Both the position numbers and the translations under genes were made by a program. From contig OY761158.1 in the NCBI GenBank assembly GCA_963664405.1, positions 3,136,001-3,200,000 on the forward strand: a stretch of DNA of 64,000 nucleotides, read 5' to 3'. This stretch comes from Thermoanaerobaculia bacterium (GTDB lineage: Bacteria; Acidobacteriota; Thermoanaerobaculia; Multivoradales; Multivoraceae). The notes under the pieces were generated by a model that was not told the origin of the DNA, did not search any database, and was given only the letters and a program-made list of their open reading frames with translations. How positions within the stretch are numbered: position 1 is the stretch's first letter; every line of letters starts with the position of its first letter. This document shows positions 51,769 through 61,652 of the stretch, in pieces.

Positions 51769-51888
51769 GCAGTAAGCAGTAAGAAGTAAAGGCAGGGAGC
51801 GGAGAGAAGGCAGTATTACTTCTTACTGACTACTGTTTACTTCTTTACTCCGGCTCCCCTTCCCTGTCTTCACTGCTTACTGCTTACT
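51764..51888. repeat. Heptamer tandem repeats (AGTAAGC)n and their complement; likely bidirectional terminator
   Basis: AGTAAGC AGTAAGC AGTAAGA AGTAAA on the left; degenerate TTACT units and GCTTACT GCTTACT on the right. Confidence 0.7.
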
Positions 51889-52935
51889 CCTCCCCTCAAG
51901 CACAGCGGCGAAGATCAAGGGCGCGACGATCGTCGCATCTGACTCGATCAAAAACATCGGAGTCTCCGCATCGAGCTTTCCCCAGGTGATCTTCTCGCTC
52001 GGGTAGGCACCCGAGTACGAACCGTAGCTGGTGGTCGAATCGGAGATCTGACAGAAGTAGCCCCAGTAAGGACAATCGCGGCGTAGATCCTGCCGGATCA
52101 TCGGCACTACACAGATCGGAAAATCGCCCGCTATGCCCCCCCCGATCTGGAAGAAGCCCATAGTTCGCACTGTCTGTTCCCGGGAGACGTCGAGATCGTC
52201 ACCGAGATCGTTTGAAGGAGTGGCCGCGAGTCTCTCGAGATCGGCAAGCGGTTTCTCCATCGTACGAGCCGCGTACCACTCGGCGAGAGCCGCCATCGTC
52301 TCTACGCCGGTCCGCATCGCTTCGTGGCTTTCGAGCGAGCCATCGATCACTCTGGCCGCAAAGACATTTCCGAGCGTCGAGTCCTCCCAGCCTGGAACAA
52401 AGAGAGGCAGATCGCGCTCTTGAGCAGCCACCAGCCAGCTGTCGCGAGGGTCGATCTGATAGCTGCTCTCGAGCGCGCCACTCGCGAGCAATTGGTAGAG
52501 GTGCTCGTGGGGGAAGCACCTCCGGCCTGCACTCTCTGCTGCTTTCCACAGCTCGAGGAGCGGTCCCTCCACTGCCCTAAAAGCCTCCTCCTCAGGAATG
52601 CAGGTGTCGGTGACCCGATTCAGCCCCTTCCGCGCCAGCTCCTTCTCGTCTCCAGCCGTCAGGTTGCGCCACGCTGGTACCCGAACATAGTGATCGTGGG
52701 CAACGAGGTTGAACAGATCTTCTTCCAGGTTCGCTCCGGTGCACGAGATCGCGTGAACTTTCTCGCGGCGGATCATCTCCGCCAAGGACACTCCAAGCTC
52801 AGCCGTAGACATCGCACCGGCGACCGCCATCAACATCTCTCCGCCCGAGGCAAGATGTTCGATGTAGCCCTCGGCCGCCTCCCTCAAAGTGGCCGCGTTG
52901 AAGTGGAGATAGTTACGCCGTAGGAATTCCCTCAT
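51877..52935 (-). CDS. Deoxyhypusine synthase-like protein (probable homospermidine synthase)
   Basis: AGAMSTAELG, TGANLEED, RVTDTCIPEE, IGGGIAGD and YSGA.P.EKITWGK motifs. Confidence 0.9.
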   Translation of the reverse strand: MREFLRRNYLHFNAATLREAAEGYIEHLASGGEMLMAVAGAMSTAELGVSLAEMIRREKVHAISCTGANLEEDLFNLVAHDHYVRVPAWRNLTAGDEKELARKGLNRVTDTCIPEEEAFRAVEGPLLELWKAAESAGRRCFPHEHLYQLLASGALESSYQIDPRDSWLVAAQERDLPLFVPGWEDSTLGNVFAARVIDGSLESHEAMRTGVETMAALAEWYAARTMEKPLADLERLAATPSNDLGDDLDVSREQTVRTMGFFQIGGGIAGDFPICVVPMIRQDLRRDCPYWGYFCQISDSTTSYGSYSGAYPSEKITWGKLDAETPMFLIESDATIVAPLIFAAVLEGRSKQ

Positions 52936-53037
52936 CTAGGCCCTTTACTCTCAGCGCCCAGCCCAACGTTCCACTCGGTAAGCTCACCCAGCCGTCTCCG
53001 AAGCCAGGCGTTCGTCCGTTCCTCGGACGGACGCCAC

Positions 53038-53100
53038 GCGCCGTCCTCGGCGCCAGACAACAACAAAGGTCGGGGAATGGTACACACCATTCCCCGGCCT
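53038..53100 (-). repeat. Composite REP-like element (motif A plus palindrome B) after the ftsZ stop
   Basis: GCGCCGTCCTCGGCGCCA followed by GGGAATGGT-ACAC-ACCATTCCC; same layout as 9271-9327. Confidence 0.75.
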
Positions 53101-54422
53101 CAGTCCATCTGCTTGCGCAGCACGGTAGGGATGTCGAAATCATCGACACCTGACCAATTCGGACCGAAGCCCCCCTTGTCCTTGTCGTGGTTGTGCGCCA
53201 GTACTTTGCGGTAGAACGGAAGCTCCTCCTCAGCCTCGGCTTCGGCCTCCAGCTCTTCAGGCGGCCGCACCTCTGGAGCGCCGGCCAACTCCATCTGATC
53301 GAGCGGTTCAGCTTCCTTGACCGGAGCCTCCTCCTGTGACCGTGGCCACATCGAGGCCGGTTCGTCATCCTCCTCGGAGCGAAGAACACTGGCAGAGGGC
53401 GAGATCTCCGGCTCGAACGCCTGGTCTCCGTCCTTGAAGCCGGTGGCGATCACCGTGACTTTGATCTCGTCGGCCATTTCATCGTCGATGACCAAACCGG
53501 AGATGATGTTCGCGTCGGGATCGACCATGTCGGAAATGGTCCGCGCCGCCTCCGCCACTTCGTGCAAAGTGATGTCGCCGCCGCCGGTAATGTTGATGAG
53601 CACACCGCGGGCGCCCTGGATGCTGGTCTCTTCCAGCAGAGGAGACGAGACTGCAGCCTGCGCGGCCTCGATCGCTCGACTCTCTCCCTTGGCCAGGCCA
53701 GTGCCCATGAGCGCGATACCCATGCCGCTCATGATCGTGCGCACATCTGCGAAGTCCGCATTGACCTCACCAGGGATGGTAATCAGGTCACTGATACCCT
53801 GAACGCCCTGACGCAAGACATCGTCGGCGATGAGGAAGGCCTCGGCGAGGGGAGTCCCGCGGTCGACGAAGTTCAGAAGACGTTCGTTGGGAATAGCGAT
53901 CACCGTATCGACCGACTCGCGAAGCTCGTCGAGCCCCTTCGCCGCCAGGTGCATGCGCCTACGTCCTTCGAACGAGAAGGGTTTGGTGACCACGGCAACG
54001 GTGAGAGCACCGACTTCCGCAGCCAACGAGGCGATGACCGTGATCGCGCCGGTGCCGGTTCCGCCGCCCAGGCCGGCGGCGAGAAAGATCATGTCGGAGC
54101 CATCGAGAAGCTCGAGTATGCGCTCCGAGTCCTCCAGTGCAGCCTTGCGACCGATCTCGGGATCAGAGCCCGCGCCCAGGCCGCGAGTGATCAGCTTCCC
54201 CAATTGAAGCCGCGTCGGCGCGCGGCACTTACTGAGAGCCTGGGTGTCTGTATTAGCTGCAATGAACTCGACGCCGTTGAGCTTGGAGTCGATCATTCGA
54301 TTCACCGCGTTGCCGCCACCACCACCCACACCAATGACCTTGATGTCGGCAGGAAGAACCTCCCGGTTCTCCATGCTGATGGCCAATCCTGCGTCACTCT
54401 TCTGCTCGTCGAATAGGATCAT
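53100..54422 (-). CDS. ftsZ: Cell division protein FtsZ (inverted relative to the dcw cluster)
   Basis: [18 protein letters not shown] and NADFAD motifs; C-terminal [11 protein letters not shown]; SD AAAGGGG before ATG 54422. Confidence 0.97.
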   Translation of the reverse strand: MILFDEQKSDAGLAISMENREVLPADIKVIGVGGGGGNAVNRMIDSKLNGVEFIAANTDTQALSKCRAPTRLQLGKLITRGLGAGSDPEIGRKAALEDSERILELLDGSDMIFLAAGLGGGTGTGAITVIASLAAEVGALTVAVVTKPFSFEGRRRMHLAAKGLDELRESVDTVIAIPNERLLNFVDRGTPLAEAFLIADDVLRQGVQGISDLITIPGEVNADFADVRTIMSGMGIALMGTGLAKGESRAIEAAQAAVSSPLLEETSIQGARGVLINITGGGDITLHEVAEAARTISDMVDPDANIISGLVIDDEMADEIKVTVIATGFKDGDQAFEPEISPSASVLRSEEDDEPASMWPRSQEEAPVKEAEPLDQMELAGAPEVRPPEELEAEAEAEEELPFYRKVLAHNHDKDKGGFGPNWSGVDDFDIPTVLRKQMD

Positions 54423-54485
54423 CCGCCAACCCCTTTCTCGGGCTTTATTCTCATGTCTACGATTCACTGAGCTCTATTTGCCGGC

Positions 54486-56444
54486 CTAGAGTATCTCTTC
54501 CGCCTCTAAATAGGTGTAGCCCTTCAGCTCAGCTTCGTAGTGGTCGACAATGGCTTGAGCTTCTTCTTCGCTGAGCCGGCCGCTGGCGACCGCCCGCTGT
54601 GTCGTAGCCCGAAGCCGCGATCGGAGAGCGTTTACGTCGTACTGGAGATAAGAGAGGACTTCGGCCGCAGTGTCCCCGGCGACGGCCTCGTCGATCACCA
54701 CTTGTCCCTCATCGCCGAGACTCAGGTGTACGACGTGGGTGTCGCCGAAGAGGTTGTGAAGATCGCCGAGGGTCTCCTGGTAGGCGCCGGTGAGGAAAAC
54801 TCCGAGGTAGTATTCCTCGCCCGGGCGGAGCTCGTGGAGGGGTAGTGTGCGCTCGATGTCGCGTAGGGCGACGAAGCGATCGATCTTGCCGTCGGAGTCG
54901 CAGGTCATATCGGCAAGGACCCCGCGCCGCGTCGGCTTCTCGTCGAGTCGATGGATCGGAGCGATGGGGAAGAGCTGATTGATTGCCCAGGAGTCCGGAA
55001 GAGATTGGAAAACGGAAAAGTTGCAGAAGTAGATGTCGGCCAAGATGCGCTCCAGCTCTTCGAGCTCTTCCGGCATCGAGGGCATGCTCTGGGCGAGTCG
55101 ATAGATCGCGGCGCAGGTGGTCCAGAAGAGGCGCTCACAAAAGCCTCGCCACGTGAGTGACAGATAGCCGAGGTTGAAGAGATTCAGCGCTTGCTCATAA
55201 GCCTGGAGCGCTCCGTGGTAGCACTCGACGGCGCGGCGCTCCTCGAGTTGGCGGTGAGACTCGATGAGGTCCAAAACGGGTTGGGCGATCTCCGCTTGGC
55301 CGATCTCCTCGAGATCCTCAGGTACGGCGAAGTCGTCGAGCCCCGATCTACCCACGACATTGACGATGAGCAGGCTCTGGTAGGCCGCGATGGCGCGACC
55401 CGACTCGGTGACGATCGTCGGATGGGGGATCCTCTTCTCGTTGCACACTGACGTGACTCGATAGACGACCTCACTGGCGTACTCGCTCAGGCTGTAATTC
55501 CTCGATGAAGGGAAGTTGGTCTTGGACCCGTCGTAGTCCACGGCGAGGCCGCCACCGACGTCGAGATAGCGCAGTCCCTCGGCCCCCATCCGTACCAGCT
55601 CGGCGTAGATGTGCGTGAGCTCACCGATCGCATCCTTGACCCGTCGGATGTCGTGCAATTGGCTGCCGACGTGACAGTGCAGCAGCTCGAGGCAGTCCTC
55701 CAGCCCGCGCGAGCGGAGCCGCTCCGCGAGCTCGATGACCTCGCTGACAAAGAGACCGAATTTGGACTTGACCCCCGACGAACCCCGCCACCGGCCGGCG
55801 CCTTCGCTCGATAGCTTGACCCTGACGCCGAGACGAGGGCGAAGGCCCTGCTCCTCGGCGTTACGCAGGATGAGCTCGAGCTCGTCGAGCTTTTCTACCA
55901 CCGGGACGATGTCGCGCCCGAGCTTTTGCGCCAGCGTTACCGTCTTTATGTAGTCGTTGTCTTTGAACCCGTTGCAGAGAATCAGCCTGGGCCCTGGATC
56001 ATCGGCCATGGCCATGACCGCCAGCAGCTCCGGCTTCGAGCCCACTTCCAGGCCGAAGCCGTAGGCCCGGCCGTAGCGGTAGACCTCCTCGACCACGGCG
56101 CGCTGTTGGTTGACCTTGATCGGATAGACCGCCAGGTAGCCGCCCTGATACGCATTTGCTTCGATCGCGGTATCGAAGGCGTCGCGAAGCGCGCCGAGTC
56201 GATGGCTCAGCAGATTGGAGAAGCGCAACAAGATCGGTGCAGTGGTGCCTTGCTGGGCGAGACTTTCGATGATTTCGAGTACGTCGATCTCACGTTGGTC
56301 GTCTTTCTCCGGCCGAACGACGAGATGACCGTCGCTCCTGATGGCGAAATAGCCCTGACTCCACCCGTCGATCTGATAGAGCTCGGCGGCGTCCTCGGGT
56401 GTCCAGGACCGCTCTAGTGGCGAGCCTCTCGCGATAGTGCCCAC
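54486..56444 (-). CDS. speA: Biosynthetic arginine decarboxylase
   Basis: YPIKVNQ, GSKPEL, HVGSQ, DVGGGL, ESGRA, TCDSDG and HNLFG motifs. Confidence 0.96.
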   Translation of the reverse strand: MGTIARGSPLERSWTPEDAAELYQIDGWSQGYFAIRSDGHLVVRPEKDDQREIDVLEIIESLAQQGTTAPILLRFSNLLSHRLGALRDAFDTAIEANAYQGGYLAVYPIKVNQQRAVVEEVYRYGRAYGFGLEVGSKPELLAVMAMADDPGPRLILCNGFKDNDYIKTVTLAQKLGRDIVPVVEKLDELELILRNAEEQGLRPRLGVRVKLSSEGAGRWRGSSGVKSKFGLFVSEVIELAERLRSRGLEDCLELLHCHVGSQLHDIRRVKDAIGELTHIYAELVRMGAEGLRYLDVGGGLAVDYDGSKTNFPSSRNYSLSEYASEVVYRVTSVCNEKRIPHPTIVTESGRAIAAYQSLLIVNVVGRSGLDDFAVPEDLEEIGQAEIAQPVLDLIESHRQLEERRAVECYHGALQAYEQALNLFNLGYLSLTWRGFCERLFWTTCAAIYRLAQSMPSMPEELEELERILADIYFCNFSVFQSLPDSWAINQLFPIAPIHRLDEKPTRRGVLADMTCDSDGKIDRFVALRDIERTLPLHELRPGEEYYLGVFLTGAYQETLGDLHNLFGDTHVVHLSLGDEGQVVIDEAVAGDTAAEVLSYLQYDVNALRSRLRATTQRAVASGRLSEEEAQAIVDHYEAELKGYTYLEAEEIL

Positions 56445-56696
56445 CGGGCGATTCTACGCGCTCCAATCACTTCCGGAGGACGCACCGTCCCGGCGCCAGA
56501 AATTGATTCCCAAGATGAGGCGGAACTCCCGACTTGTGGACCGTAACACCCAAACGTTTAGCGCCTGAGCGGCCCTCGCGGCCGATCTCTGCGTTACGCT
56601 TCCTCGACATAGTCCCCGCTATGCCTGCGTCAGCGCGCCTTGATCTCGACCACGAATGACTCACTCAGCCACTAAACGTTCGAGTGTTACGGTCCA

Positions 56697-57850
56697 CTAG
56701 CGCTTGAGGCCCAGCAGGTCCCGCGCGACCACCCAGCGGTGGACCTCGGAGGGACCGTCATAGATGCGCATGGTGCGCACCTGCGACGACAGCAGGTGAA
56801 GGGGTAGCTCTTTCGTCATGCCCATCGCGCCAAATACCTGCATCGCCTTGTCGAGCACGTCATAGGCCATCTCGGTGGCGAAGAACTTTGCCATCGAGAG
56901 GTCGGTGCGCACGTTCATGCCTTGATCCAGCTTCCAAGCGGTCTCGTAGGCCATGAGCCTTGCCGAGCGGATCTTTACGGCTGAATCGGCCACCCACCAC
57001 TGGATCGTCTGGCGCTCCGAGAGCGGCGCTCCGAAGGTCTCGCGCTGCGGGGCGAATTCGCAGACCATCCTCAAGGCGCGCTCGGCAATTCCAACGCACC
57101 ACGAGACCATCTCCAGCCGTCGGGTCGACAATCGAATCTGCATCGGTGCGAAACCCTTACCCTCCGGTCCGAGCATGTTGGCGTCGGGGACTCGGCAGTC
57201 TTCCAGGGCGACCTCGTAGGTGAAGGAGCCGCCGATCATGGGGATGCGGCGCAGGACGTTGAACCCTGGGGTGCCCTTGTCGATGAGAAACCCCGAGATA
57301 CCACCGCGTGATCGGTCACCGCCATCAAGATGGTGAAGTCGGCCTCAGCTGCCCGGCTGATCCAGATCTTGCGACCGTTGATGACCCAGTCGTCGCCGTC
57401 GCGCACCGCTCGAGTGGTCATTCCAGCCGGGTCCGAGCCGGCGCCGGGCTCGGAGATGCCGATGGCCGAGACCGTTCCTCCCCGGACGTAGGGCTCGAGG
57501 TAGCGCTCGCGCTGGTCCTCGTTCGCCGCCGCCATGAGCATGCGTAGATTCGGTGAGTCAGGGGGCAGGGTATAGGGCGTCACGGTGCGCCCCATTTCGA
57601 TGTTGATGCCGATCATCGCGACGGTCGGGAGGTCCAGGCCTCCGACGTCCTCCGGCGCGTCGAGGCCCCAGAGCTCGAGCTCCCGGGTCTTCTCATCGAT
57701 CGGCGCCTTCTCTTCGGGCGTGAGGTAAGCGCCTTCTCCCTTGGCGTCGCGCTCGAGGACCCGGGACTCGAGCGGCATCAGCTCTTCGTTTACGAAGCGC
57801 CGCACGACGTCTTGGAGCATCTTGTGCTCGCCGGCCAGTTCGAAGTTCAT
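56697..57850 (-). pseudogene. Acyl-CoA dehydrogenase split by a frameshifting deletion near 57311
   Basis: N-half (ISEPGAGSD, NGRK.WIS) and C-half (R.TFG, RIYDGPSE) are in different frames; the C-half frame reads SRGGISGFLIDKGTPG straight from the break. Confidence 0.8.
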
Positions 57851-57864
57851 AGTGCAGTACTCCT

Positions 57865-59793
57865 CTACATGCGTTCGGGAACCGGGATCCCCAGGATCTC
57901 CATGAGGTTTCCCAGGCCCTGGCGAAAGATCTTCATGGTTGCGAGACGAGTGTGGCGGAGGGTCTCGTCACTCTCGTGGAGGATCGGATGGCGATGATAG
58001 ATGCCGTGGAACTTCCTCGCCAGATCGATGGCATGGCGCGCCACCAGAGAGAGCTCGAGCGAGGCGCCGGCCTTCTCCAGCGTCTCCGAGATCCTCGACA
58101 CCGAGAGGTTCAGATCCCAGAGGTCATCGGCCCAGATCTCGCCAGCCTGGTCTCGCAGACGGGCCGCGTCTACCTCGAAGGAGTGTCCCGCCGCTTCGAG
58201 CTTGCGACGGATGTTTGCTTCTCGCACCATCGAGTACTGGAGGTAGGGGCCGGTCTCACCTTCGAAGTTGAGTGCCTCCTCGAAGTCGAAGGCGATCACC
58301 CGAGTCGTCGTTGCCTTGACCATCAGGAAGCGCAGCGCACCGACAGCGATCTTGCGGCTCAGGGCGTCGAGCTCCTCTTCGGAGAGCTCACGGTTGCGCT
58401 CAGCGATGCCGTCGCGTGCCTTGTTTTCGAGCTGGTCGAGAAGATCGTCCGCCTTGACTCCGATCCCCTTTCGGCCGGACATCACCGTGACCGTCTCGCT
58501 CTCTTCTCCACCTCCCCCCGCGACACCGAGTTGGCGGGTCGCGGCGGGAGAGAGGGCCACCATCTCGTAGGCGAAGTGAATGCTATTCGCGGCCTCTTCG
58601 GCGTAGCCGAGCGCTTCGAGTCCCGCCTGAACGATTTTCTGGAGATAGCTCTGCCTGGCGTCGATGACGTTGACGACTCGCGCGCCGTTGCCGAAAGAGG
58701 GAGCCTCCTCCGGAGCGTCGGTCGCCGCCGTCTCCCACACCCCTTCCTCGCGCCAGCGGTGGTAAGTGAAATCGCTGCCGAGCACCCCGAACTTCCACAT
58801 CTGGTAGGCGATGTCCTTGCCGACATAGGTAACAGTGCCATCGGAGCGGACGATGACCTTGTCCGGATCCTCGAGACCGGCGAAGGCCTCACTCTCCGAG
58901 AGCGGCATGATCCAGCATCCGGCATTCTTGCCGCTCGTCTCGAGGCGCACCGCTCCCGTCGCCTTGAGCTTCTCGAAGGCTTGGTCGAAGAAGCCGAGGC
59001 GAATGATCTCGCTCTCGCGGGTGAGCAGGTCATAGCCGACCCCGAGGCGTGCCATGGTGGCAAGGTGTCGGTGAACAATGCGCTTGGCGACCAGGTTCCC
59101 CACCTGCGCTCGCTCGCCTTCCCCACTCTCCAGAGCATGAAGGGTCCGGCTTCGTAGCTCCGAGCGCGAAGGGTCTTCCTCGAGCCAGAGGCCGACCTCG
59201 GCGTAGAGATCCCAGCAGTAGAAATCGAAGGGCTCGGCGAGAGCCTGCACATCTTCGAGGCTCATGCCGCGGAGGTCGACGAAGCCCACGATCACATCGG
59301 CAAGCTGGACCCCGGTGTCGTCGATGTAGTTTTGGACCTCGACGGGAAAGCTCAGCGCTTTCAGAGTCGAGGTCAGGACGTCTCCTAGAACGGCGTTGCG
59401 CAGGTGACCGATGTGGGCTGCCTTGTTGGGGTTGATGTTGGTGTGCTCGACGACGACCTTGAGAGGTTTCTCAGTCGGCGGGGGAATCAGGGTGGTCTCG
59501 AGTAGCTCCGCGGTGAAGTGGCTGCGCTGTAGGAAGAAGCCGAGATAGCCCGGACCCTCGACAGAGACCCGCTCCACCGCCGGAGGCAGGGTCAGCCCCT
59601 CTGCGATCTCTTCGGCGATGGCTCTGGGGTTGCGCTTGAGACTGCGAGCGAGGTGGAGGGCCGAGGGCACGGCGAGGTCGCCAAGCTCGCGGCGGGGTGG
59701 AATCTCCACGACGGGCTCGTGCTCGATCTGGAATCGCTCTTGGACAACCCGGGAGAGCTCTTTCGCCAGCTCGCTCTTGATTCGCAGCAGCAT
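57865..59793 (-). CDS. argS: Arginine--tRNA ligase
   Basis: EHTNINPNKAAHIGH, MSGRKG and GETGPYLQY motifs; C-terminal ERM. Confidence 0.96.
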   Translation of the reverse strand: MLLRIKSELAKELSRVVQERFQIEHEPVVEIPPRRELGDLAVPSALHLARSLKRNPRAIAEEIAEGLTLPPAVERVSVEGPGYLGFFLQRSHFTAELLETTLIPPPTEKPLKVVVEHTNINPNKAAHIGHLRNAVLGDVLTSTLKALSFPVEVQNYIDDTGVQLADVIVGFVDLRGMSLEDVQALAEPFDFYCWDLYAEVGLWLEEDPSRSELRSRTLHALESGEGERAQVGNLVAKRIVHRHLATMARLGVGYDLLTRESEIIRLGFFDQAFEKLKATGAVRLETSGKNAGCWIMPLSESEAFAGLEDPDKVIVRSDGTVTYVGKDIAYQMWKFGVLGSDFTYHRWREEGVWETAATDAPEEAPSFGNGARVVNVIDARQSYLQKIVQAGLEALGYAEEAANSIHFAYEMVALSPAATRQLGVAGGGGEESETVTVMSGRKGIGVKADDLLDQLENKARDGIAERNRELSEEELDALSRKIAVGALRFLMVKATTTRVIAFDFEEALNFEGETGPYLQYSMVREANIRRKLEAAGHSFEVDAARLRDQAGEIWADDLWDLNLSVSRISETLEKAGASLELSLVARHAIDLARKFHGIYHRHPILHESDETLRHTRLATMKIFRQGLGNLMEILGIPVPERM

Positions 59794-59912
59794 GGTGCGG
59801 CGCAGTTTAGCCTGCCTCTTCCAGCGCCGCCAGAGCCCCCCATCGACCCTGTTGGTGGTCTTCGAGAGGCGGGGAGGCGTTTTTGGACCAGAATGCGATA
59901 AAATAAGTGCTT

Positions 59913-60476
59913 ATGGCGGAAAAGACGGCTGTCAAAGCAGTAAACCGGGTTGCGTTCAAGATGAACGACACACTTCTCGAGCTTCTCGAGGGGGACATCA
60001 CAGATCTCGACGTTGACGCGATTGTCAACGCGGCCAATAAAGATCTGATCATGGGAAGCGGGGTCGCGGGTGCGATCCTCAGTCGCGGGGGTGAGTCGAT
60101 CCAGATGGAGTGCTCACGCATCGGCGGCACCGACGTTGGAACTTCGGTCATGACCACAGCTGGAACGCTGTTGGCGAAACGAGTGATTCACTCGGTCGGA
60201 CCGATCATGGGCGAGGGCGATGAAGACCGCAAGTTGGCCTCGGCGGTGCGATCAGCTCTTGCCCTGGCCGATCGGCACCGTCTTCGTTCCATCGGCATTC
60301 CGGCCATCTCGACCGGTACCTTCGGTTTCCCCACCGATCGTTGTGCGCGCATTCTGCTCACCGAGATCCACCGCTATCTCCAGGGTGGGACCAAGATCGA
60401 ACAGGTTGTCGTCTCTCTCTACAACAGCTCGATCTTCACCGTCTTCCAGCGCGAGCTACGCCGCGGCTTCAGGTAG
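59913..60476 (+). CDS. Macro-domain protein (YmdB-like)
   Basis: GDIT...DAIVNAAN..L..G.GV.GAI, VIHSVGP and PAISTG.FGFP motifs. Confidence 0.92.
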   Translation: MAEKTAVKAVNRVAFKMNDTLLELLEGDITDLDVDAIVNAANKDLIMGSGVAGAILSRGGESIQMECSRIGGTDVGTSVMTTAGTLLAKRVIHSVGPIMGEGDEDRKLASAVRSALALADRHRLRSIGIPAISTGTFGFPTDRCARILLTEIHRYLQGGTKIEQVVVSLYNSSIFTVFQRELRRGFR

Positions 60477-61163
60477 CCCTAAGTAGACGACGCGACCCAC
60501 CTCGGGTGGAACCGCGCTTCTTCTCGAAGGAGAAGGGAGAAGAAGGCTCGTTCCGGACTCGCAGGCGTGTCTGGCGTCCGCGTATCTCCGAGCTAACGCA
60601 TGCCGGCCGTTCAGGGTGCCCCAGATCGCCGCAGCGCAGGAGCGAGGCGACGCAGCCGTTTGTTGTCTCTCTCTACAACAGCTCGATCTTCACGGTCTTC
60701 CAGCGCGAGCTACGCCGCGGCTTCAGGTAGCCCTAAGTAGACGACGCGACCCACCTCGGGTGGAACCGCGCTTCTTCTCGAAGGAGAAGGGAGAAGAAGG
60801 CTCGTTCCGGACTCGCAGGCGTGTCTGGCGTCCGCGTATCTCCGAGCTAACGCATGCCGGCCGTTCAGGGTGCCCCAGATCGCCGCAGCGCAGGAGCGAG
60901 GCGACGCAGCCGTTTGTTGTCTCTCTCTACAACAGCTCGATCTTCACGGTCTTCCAGCGCGAGCTACGCCGCGGCTTCAGGTAGCCCTAAGTAGACGACG
61001 CGACCCACCTCGGGTGGAACCGCGCTTCTTCTCGAAGGAGAAGGGAGAAGAAGGCTCGTTCCGGACTCGCAGGCGTGTCTGGCGTCCGCGTATCTCCGAG
61101 CTAACGCATGCCGGCCGTTCAGGGTGCCCCAGATCGCCGCAGCGCAGGAGCGAGGCGACGCAG
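60406..61163 (+). repeat. About three copies of a 254-bp tandem repeat
   Basis: The macro-gene stop context recurs at 60476, 60730 and 60984; copies 2 and 3 look identical, and copy 1 differs at two positions. Confidence 0.95.
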
Positions 61164-61233
61164 GCGTACTCTGCGTACGCCGAGGAGCCGAGCGACGAGC
61201 ACGCGGTGAGGTGGGGTGCCCTGGACGGCCGGC
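61110..61233. repeat. 124-bp long-hairpin (MITE/REP-like) element
   Basis: Imperfect ~31-bp terminal inverted repeats GCCGGCCGTTCAGGGTGCCCCA.../...TGGGGTGCCCTGGACGGCCGGC around a central GCGTAC...GTACGC hairpin. Confidence 0.7.
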
Positions 61234-61652
61234 TAGGACACGAAGTAGGCGCTGGCACGGATCTGGAGGCGGGAGCGGGCTTGGAAGCCGCCGCCGGCGA
61301 TGCAGAACGAGCTGACCGAGGCGAGGATCGGCAGCACGATCCAGCCGTCGAAGCGGTCGCCACCGTCGTAGGCCGGAACCACCGGCTCGACCTCTGCGAT
61401 TTTGGTCCAGTGCTCGTCTTCGGGGTCCAGAGATGCGCGGAGCTCGACGTAGGTTCGGTCGAGGTCGATGACGCTCTGGCTCGAAGGACACCAGAGCGAG
61501 AAGACGAATCGCACCTCGTCATAGGTGGCGGTGTCGAGCTGCGGGTCGGCGCTGTTGAGGAGCGGGAAGACAAAGGCGCCGTTGTTGTCGGTGGCGAAGA
61601 TCTCGGGCGCGGGATCGAAGAGGATCTGAAGGGATTTCGCGCCGGCGCTCAT
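61233..61652 (-). CDS. Hypothetical protein
   Basis: 139-aa globular-looking ORF with ATGA overlap to maf. Confidence 0.65.
   Translation of the reverse strand: MSAGAKSLQILFDPAPEIFATDNNGAFVFPLLNSADPQLDTATYDEVRFVFSLWCPSSQSVIDLDRTYVELRASLDPEDEHWTKIAEVEPVVPAYDGGDRFDGWIVLPILASVSSFCIAGGGFQARSRLQIRASAYFVS

Noticed and set aside
50870-54510. Recombinase-driven phase-variable switch
   Set aside because: Only 4 bp of inverted identity and no invertase in the window. Kept as an inversion, but not as a programmed switch.
60406-61163. DGR template/variable repeat pair or CRISPR array
   Set aside because: The differences are C>T and C>G rather than adenine-specific; there is no reverse transcriptase, no unique spacers and no cas genes.
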